DNA of 64,000 nucleotides, counting the filler, from Lenisia limosa (lineage: Eukaryota; Protista; Breviatea): the NCBI GenBank assembly GCA_001655205.1. It is 12 parts of 12 records of this genome, joined end to end, with 100 filler letters (N's around TTAATTAATTAA, not from the genome) between each part and the next. Parts side by side here need not be neighbours in the genome. Positions count along the whole stretch, not along the records: positions 57,536 to 60,620 come from LPNZ01000131.1; positions 60,721 to 62,766 come from LPNZ01004154.1; positions 62,867 to 64,000 come from LPNZ01004353.1; 9 more parts are not named here. One strand, 5' to 3'. A program made the translations under genes and the position numbers. Numbering within the stretch: the first letter of the stretch is position 1; each line of letters starts with the position of its first letter. The notes below the pieces were generated by a model, which was not told where the DNA came from, did no database searches, and was given only the letters and a program-made list of their open reading frames with translations. Positions 57,536-64,000 of the stretch are shown in pieces.

Positions 57536-60500
57536 AGGATGAACGGCCACAGGTGTACGTTGTGCCAGATATCCTGGACCCCTTCTGTCCAACAAAACAC
57601 AATCTCTTTATTCCGGCCGCCAAAGCCACTGAAGCGTTAACTGCAATCTTCGAGGCCATTCCCGCGCTCTATCCTATGAACTCCTGTATCCAGGCGTGTG
57701 CCGGTGAGCTCTTCTGCGGATAATGCTGCACCTCGTCCCCCGTTGTTGTTTGCCATAAACCCCCCATTGTTCACCCCGCAGGCTCGGCGCTGGCAGCCTG
57801 CCACGATGCTCTGCGCGACTCCGGAGGAAAGGTGGTCCTTATCGGCTCTTCAAGACCAACCTTGGTAAAAAGGGAAATTAAATGTCATTTCGGTTCGAAA
57901 AATACCGGTAAAATATCGATAATTTTCGAGGATTTATCGAGATATTCAGTTTTCGAGCCAAAGTAATAATGATCAACAGTTCCAGTAACATCGTTCTTAC
58001 CGCCAGGGCCTTGGAGCATTGACGGTTCGAAGCGCTCCTCCTGTGGGGCAAAACCAGCGGCAGGGCGACAACAATCATCTCATCATGGTTTGGCGAGGGG
58101 CAAGTCAAAATTGTGCCGAGCGTATTACTAACTTATATCATATACGTTGACCGGGATAAAGTCTTGTCCGATTTTCCTTGGGAAATCACGAAACAAATCG
58201 GTCAAGACTTATCCTGGACACACACAATAAATCTGGCCATTCTGTGGATACAGATGTAATATATATATCATATACTACACCTCACCCCCTCCCCAGACTC
58301 CTGGCTCTACATGGTACTCTTCTTTCCTGAAGGAATGCGTGAGAAACTCTGTTTGTACGCGGGAGTGGGGAAACAATGTTTGCATAATCTCTTGTTTTAG
58401 GGTGAGGAGCTCATTATCACCACTCACTCCCTAGCCATCGACTTACTCACTCCCTAGCCATCGACTTACTCACTCCCTAGCCATCGACTTCCTATTGGGC
58501 CCTAACAAACCCATCGACATGCCCTCTTTCGGTGAGCGATACAAGGCATCCTTTACGTTTTTTTTTATTTTGTCTTCCATTCACCATTATATCATTTCCT
58601 GTTTTACATATGAGAGTATATGATTATTAATGTACCTAGTTCAAAATACATGATAACATAAAAACAAACCCCCCCTTTCTTCACGTACCTTTACACCAAT
58701 ATTTTCATCGAAATTTCCTTCGTTTTACTCACCCCCAGTGCCCCTTGCCACTCAGACCGGAGGCTCCATCCACTTCATCCCCGCCTTCCTGCAGAACAGC
58801 CCTCACGGCCATGCACCGCAGCTCAACTCCTTCATTTTCGACATCTGCACAAGACCCCAAGGTACGCCTAAACTACGTTGTGCCGTGTTAATATTATTTC
58901 AATGCGGCTCTATTGTCGCTGTGCCTTTGTTTATTCCGATGTGACGGTTCAGCGTACGACGCGGTGTCGAGGGTACGGTGTAGTCAAGGCATCGAGTGCA
59001 AGAACTTCCATGGTCCCTTCTACATGAGCAATGCTACCGATATCATGATGGTGGGGGGTGTGAATTGCGATTAGGAATTCCCTTCGGCCCGAAACTTACG
59101 TTCAAATATCGATATTTATCGATGTTTTATCGAGAAATGCAGTCTTTTTTGGGACCGTAAGGAAGCCTTAATTGGGATGGAGTGAACTCCGATCATCTCA
59201 TCCCACAGCCTTGTTTCGACTCGCAACACTCCATCATGGTGGAGCTTGAAATGACCTCAAACATCCCCAAAGACTCCAAACCTGCTGTTCAAATGGCCTT
59301 ATTGTGGGGGGGGAAAATGTAAGGCCAATGGCAAATGATAGGTTAACTTAATACCATAATAATATATTTATTTAATGAATAGCTCTTATATGATGGTGTG
59401 ACCTTCGACCAGATACTTCCTTTATAGCTCTTATATGATGGTGTGGACCTTTATTACCGCACATTTCCACATCATGACCTTTAGGTACACGTCGGCGGTT
59501 GGCGAGAGACGGATCCGAACGATCACGATCCAGCTCGACACTGGCGACAGCAGAGCCACGTTCTCTCATTGCGATGCCGATGCCTTGGTCACTTTCCAGG
59601 CCCGCAGAGGTATGCGGTCTGAACTAATAATATGTCAATAGCAGAATTTAGCAAGTATCCCTTTGATAAATATTTTGACAAAAGGGTTTATAATAGTATT
59701 TTTTTATTATGCTGACGCTCAAGCTGCCCATCGCCTTGCCTCCCTCCCCCTTCGCACTAACAGAGATAAGGTTTTTAGCAGCATGGTGGGGGGGAGGGGG
59801 TTGAATGAATTTACCAAATTCCTTGATAAACAATTATATTGAAGGCTTCGGTCCAATATCACCTTTTTTATTTGTCATTTCTACGCATCGGAAATATATC
59901 ATTGCATATGTGTATCGATATCATAATCATCAATATCTTTTGAATGTAGACAGCCTGATTTCTCCGGACAAAGTTGAGTGTATTATGACTTGTTAAAGAT
60001 GTATATGCAGTTGTCACAAATATGATGTATATTCAAAGATTTCGGCCAGATACAACGTTATTTTATTTTTTTCTCATTACTATATATATATCGATATATT
60101 ATATAATTATATGTATGTATACTCCAAGATAACCACTTGGTGGTGAATCTCAGAATGGCTTCCACCCTCTCTCCCCTCACCCTTCAGATTGGACCGTTGG
60201 CAGCCTACAGAGAAGTCACAGAAACATCGTCTACTGGTGGGAGGATATTTCAATGTTGACAATGTTCTTTTTCTGAAGTTGTACGTGTGTCTTCGAGACA
60301 GTCAGTTGCACTGAGGGGGACCCTGTCTTTGTAAACTGGTGTTTTCATCCGGAAAACGCCTTGTTTTTGTAACCACTCCCAAGACAACCACTCTTGGTTA
60401 TGTTCTTGCGAAACATCAAGCATTCACCCAAACAGAGTTGATTTGTTTCATAAATTGTCCAATTTTACTCCCCTCAGGCCAGTTCATTCTGCCCGAGGCT

Positions 60501-60609
60501 ATCCGGTCGCTTCCTTCCGCTGTTTTGGGACTCATGAAGAGCAGTCTGCTCAACACCGAGATCTATGCCGACCTGCGTGCCGCAACTGCCGCCTTCATTA
60601 CCGCTCGGG
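57536..60609 (+). CDS. SEC24: COPII coat cargo-adaptor Sec24 (trunk/vWA, beta-barrel and helical domains; partial)
   Basis: PQVYVVPDILDPFCP, GSALAACHDALRDSGGKVVLIGSSRPTL, LATQTGGSIHFIPAF, AYDAVSRVRCSQGI..FHGPFYMSNATD, QMALLYTSAVGERRIRTIT, DADAL, LAAYR, GQFILPEAIRSLP. Confidence 0.92.
58147..58220. mobile_element. MITE family E in a SEC24 intron
   Basis: TGACCGGGATAAAGTCTTGTCCGATTT...AAATCGGTCAAGACTTATCCTGGACA. Confidence 0.7.
58420..58490. repeat. 23-bp tandem repeat, 3 copies, in a SEC24 intron
   Basis: Unit ACTCACTCCCTAGCCATCGACTT. Confidence 0.85.
58695..58736 (+). repeat. Family G 3' end at a SEC24 acceptor (58737-58738)
   Basis: AATATTTTCATCGAAATTTCCTTCGTTTTACTCACCCCCAG|TGCCCC. Confidence 0.8.
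60430..60473 (+). repeat. Family B 3' half ending at a SEC24 acceptor (60476-60477)
   Basis: AACAGAGTTGATTTGTTTCATAAATTGTCCAATTTTACTCCCCTCAG|GCCAG. Confidence 0.85.
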
Positions 60610-60878
60610 GTGGGGGGGGGNNNNNNNNNNNNNNNNNNNNNNNNNNNNNNNNNNNNNNNNNNNNTTAATTAATTAANNNNNNNNNNNNNNNNNNNNNNNN
60701 NNNNNNNNNNNNNNNNNNNNCAATCATTTGCCTTACAACTCTGTGCACACAGCTTTCTGCGTGCCTCCCCAGCATACATATAGTATGAATAGATATGCAG
60801 ATTGATACGAGAAAAGAAAATAATAATAATGGGGGAGGGGTATGTCGATGAAAAAGGTGATATCTGGCCGAAATTGGC

Positions 60879-60967
60879 CACACCAGCACGCTTCTAAGAG
60901 ATATCGACCACACCAGCACTCTTCTAAGAGATATCGACCACACCAGCACGCTTCTAAGAGATATTGG
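60879..60967. repeat. 30-bp tandem repeat, 3 copies, derived from family D
   Basis: Unit CACACCAGCACGCTTCTAAGAGATATCGAC. Confidence 0.88.
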
Positions 60968-61148
60968 CAAATAATGTTTTATAAGTTAATANNNNNNNNN
61001 NNNNNNNNNNNNNNNNNNNNNNNNNNNNNNNNNNNNNNNNNNNNNNNNNNNNNNNNNNNNNNNNNNNNNNNNNNNNNNNNNNNNNNNNNNNNNNNNNNNN
61101 NNNNNNNNNNNNNNNNNNNNNNNNNNNNNNNNNNNNNNNNNNNNNNNG

Positions 61149-62565
61149 AGTCGGTAAGCCCGGTTGTTTCATTCAAAATGGCTTTGTCGTTACATTCAAT
61201 TACAAGTACTACACCCCTTCCCGTACCTGTCCAAAAACTCCTTCACAATCTCCTCGTTGTAGCGAAGAATATAGAACGAATCGGCCGTCGCAACCATGCC
61301 TGAGTTAATGATGTAGGGACAACGGCATGGACATTGTTTGAAGGGTCAAAGCATAAGAAACAACTTATGAATAAAATATGAAAACTGCAAACTGATAAGG
61401 GAATAATGAGGTTAGAAACCCCTTAAATGCTCTCTATCTACTTCACTTCAGTTCAAAAAAAGACTGCATTTCTCGATAAATCCTCGAAAACTATCATTAT
61501 TTTACAGATCTTTTTCGAACCGAAGTGAAGCCCAATCCCTACCCCACCCCCCACATAAATGCCCGGTTTGGGACCAGTCCACCTTGGTAGCCTCAACCTC
61601 AAGACGACCCAGGCATGTGCCCTGGGAGGGGGGTAAAATGGGAAATTTTGTGAAACAAAAACGCTCATCAACTCTTTTGGAGGCTGACAACGAAGGAAAT
61701 GTCGATGAAGAATAGGTACTCACAAAGAACCGAATAATCTGAAACTCCAGACAAAGGTAATGATATATCGGGGGAGGGGGTTGATGGGAAACATTTATGA
61801 AACAAAAAAAAAAAGCCCAAAATCACTGATAACATATGTCAGGAAAAAGACTGAATTTCTCGATGAATCCTCGATATACATCGACATTTAAACAGTCTTT
61901 TCAAACCATAGGGAACCTCCAGTTATGAACAGAGTACCAGTTAGAGTTCTTTCCAATTAAGGTAGTTCTTTCCAATTAATGTAATGGATCAATTATGGCA
62001 ATTAATGTAGAAATTAACTGCTGGAAAGACCTCATACCTTTGCCCAATCTAGCATCTCAACTGCATCCTTCGTTTTGTAGGTCAGGAGAGGGCCTAAGGC
62101 GGAGTAAAATTGGATAATGTATGAAACAAAAAAAGGCCCAAATCAATTCTAAGGGGGAGTAAAATTGTAAAAAAAATATGGGTCTAAGGGGGAGTAAAAC
62201 GAAGGAAATGTCGATGGAATATTGCCAAAGAGAAAAACGAAGGAATTCTCCGTGAAATATTAGCACAGGCCTAAGGGGAAAACGAAGAGGCCTAATTGGA
62301 GGAGCCCCCCTCCCCCACATACCATTGAACACGTCCTCAACGTCTCTGCAGGGGTGGCTTGCCACCTGAGGCGGTAAAAATAATACAACATATCCATTCA
62401 CTTTTTGGATCATTTTCGTAAGATAATTGACGTTAAAAATGTTACGTTTGAGTAATGGCTGAATGAGAAAGCACAGCAGGGATATTGAATCATGATTGCC
62501 CCCCAGACCTTGGCGAAGTTTTTGTATACATCCACAGAATGCGCCTGGGGCACTCCATACCTGAG
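61149..62565 (-). CDS. COPB2: Coatomer beta'-COP (Sec27), internal fragment
   Basis: Consecutive exons VDVYKNFAK, VASHPCRDVEDVFNG-PLLTYKTKDAVEMLDWAK-GTCLGRLEVEATKVDWSQTGHL..VATADSFYILRYNEE..TGLTD match the beta'-COP second propeller region (IYGGFLLG..FYDW..IRRIEI..WS..GELV.IAT..SFFILKY). Confidence 0.85.
61440..61532. mobile_element. MITE family A in a COPB2 intron
   Basis: CTTCACTTCAGTTCAAAAAAAGAC...TCTTTTTCGAACCGAAGTGAAGCCC. Confidence 0.8.
61625..61830 (-). repeat. Stacked B'/G/B modules ending at a COPB2 acceptor (61622-61624)
   Basis: Sense: ..GGAGTTTCAGATTATTCGGTTC..TTCTTCATCGACATTTCCTTCGTTGTCAGCC..GAGTTGATG..TTTCCCATTTTACCCCCCTCCCAG|. Confidence 0.8.
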
Positions 62566-63257
62566 GGGAGGAAATCAAAAACAATACGAAACAAAAAAAA
62601 GAAGCCCAGATAGGGGGAAGTGAACCAAAGGAAATTTATGATCAACAGGGTAATTTGAAAATTTATGAAAGGCCATTCGCTTCTGCAGCACCGCATCCTT
62701 TTTTTAGTCATATCATATCATGTAATATTTAAAATAATATGATATTATTTTATTACGTACATTATANNNNNNNNNNNNNNNNNNNNNNNNNNNNNNNNNN
62801 NNNNNNNNNNTTAATTAATTAANNNNNNNNNNNNNNNNNNNNNNNNNNNNNNNNNNNNNNNNNNNNTTTCAGAAAAAGGCTTTATTCGAAACTAAACTGA
62901 GTGGAACGGGCATAAACACAAAAAATCATTGTTTTTAAAGATTAGTCAAGGAATATTTTGACTTTAAGGTCAAAATTTTTCAAAAAATAATAAAAAAATA
63001 TTTTCTTGCAAGATCCTTCTGTGGTTTCCACCACTTTTTGAGAGAATTCAACTTCAAGATTGTCTAAAAACCGGAATTGGCAAAAAAACCGGAATTTTGA
63101 ACGGACGCATATATTATATGATATATATATTTTTCTCTTCTATTCTTTATTTTTTTGGGGGGTAGGTCGCAGACCCCACCAGTTTACATCTCAGTCAAAC
63201 ATATCATAAATCACCCCATTTCTAAATCGCATTAAAAGTCCCCTTTTAACAACTCAG

Positions 63258-63524
63258 ATGAGGTTCAGGCAGTCGCCCTCGCGTTTTTGTCCTCCATCAA
63301 CCCAGAAGCCAGGTGAAGACTCTGAATAATCAACAAATCTTTTACTATTTCCCAATCGTTTCATTCCCACCCTCCAGAGTTCTGTACAGAATGGATCTTT
63401 CTTCCTTAATTAGTCGATACTTTTGCATTCTTGTTCTTATAAAAAATACAGAGTCATGGCTATCGATCTCATGCGACACTCCTTATCTCTCTGCTCCTCC
63501 CTCACTTCGGCTGACGAAGGTGGG
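63258..63524 (+). CDS. Unidentified exon fragments
   Basis: cag|DEVQAVALAFLSSINPEA|gtgaag and ..AIDLMRHSLSLCSSLTSADE|gtgggt. Confidence 0.3.
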
Positions 63525-63784
63525 TTCACGGNNNNNNNNNNNNNNNNNNNNNNNNNNNNNNNNNNNNNNNNNNNNNNNNNNNNNNNNNNNNNNNNNNNNN
63601 NNNNNNNNNNNNNNNNNNNNNNNNNNNNNNNNNNNNNNNNGTACCATAGGGAAGCCCTAGTATTACATCAGCATCACATAATCCTACCAATCAAGCATAT
63701 GGGACGACCACACTTATGATTTCATTGGTAAGGATTGTCGTCCAATATGCCTAATATATATTGGGTGGATTTGAGAATAAAGAC

Positions 63785-63883
63785 TAGGGCTTTCCTACAC
63801 TCCGAAAAAGACCGTCAAAATATCGATATTTATCGAGGATTTATCTGAAATTTGGTCTTTTTTGGGACCGTAGGGAATCCCTA
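63785..63883. mobile_element. MITE family A (CCCTACGG subtype), TA-flanked
   Basis: TA-GGGCTTTCCTACACTCCGAAAAAGACC...GGTCTTTTTTGGGACCGTAGGGAATCCC-TA. Confidence 0.8.
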
Positions 63884-64000
63884 ATAATGACTGGAGGTAA
63901 ATGGTGAAATGGTGTGATGTGTATAATAATGGTTACCGTACTGCAGAAGCGACTGGCCCGGGCTTTGTTTTGTTGTTATCAACCCTTGTGTGTTGTCAGC

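Noticed and set aside
5296-62822. TTAATTAATTAA repeated 11 times as a biological motif, and synteny between blocks
   Set aside because: It is always embedded in N-runs, so it is an artificial linker. Gene neighbourhoods across linkers are meaningless.
1-64000. Species assignment or a non-standard genetic code
   Set aside because: No diagnostic rRNA is present and I cannot run searches. The identified genes read through with the standard code and normal stops.

Overview
AT-rich, intron-dense eukaryotic (protist-like) nuclear DNA. The window is not one locus: 11 artificial linkers (N..TTAATTAATTAA..N) join 12 short scaffolds, and there are many internal N gaps, often right after poly-G/C runs. 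Splicing exons by eye (GT-AG, phase-checked) gives these recognisable genes: SHPRH (10210-27412, minus, 5'-truncated), a divergent MIT-domain VPS4-type AAA+ ATPase, a 10-knuckle CNBP/GIS2-like protein, CWC27, RPL34, and partial CPSF1, SEC24 and COPB2. It also gives an intron-containing tRNA-Glu(TTC) and several unidentified multi-exon genes. Most ORF-track entries are antisense shadows or translated repeats. Introns are packed with short repeats: a ~95-bp TA-flanked palindromic MITE (about 30 copies), a second TA-flanked MITE, and three non-palindromic families that I call B, G and D. B, G and D lie in the sense orientation of nearly every host gene I could orient. B and G share the 3' end TTTTACTCCCCC and repeatedly sit within ~25 nt of, or directly at, the 3' splice-site AG. 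In one COPB2 intron they form a stack of TTAG-ended acceptor cassettes. This acceptor-anchored, transcription-oriented repeat system is the best candidate for something undescribed. Also notable are antisense coding segments nested in unusually long introns of SHPRH and the VPS4-like gene. Family names A-G are my own labels. Consensus sequences and many boundaries were estimated by eye, and no database searches were run.
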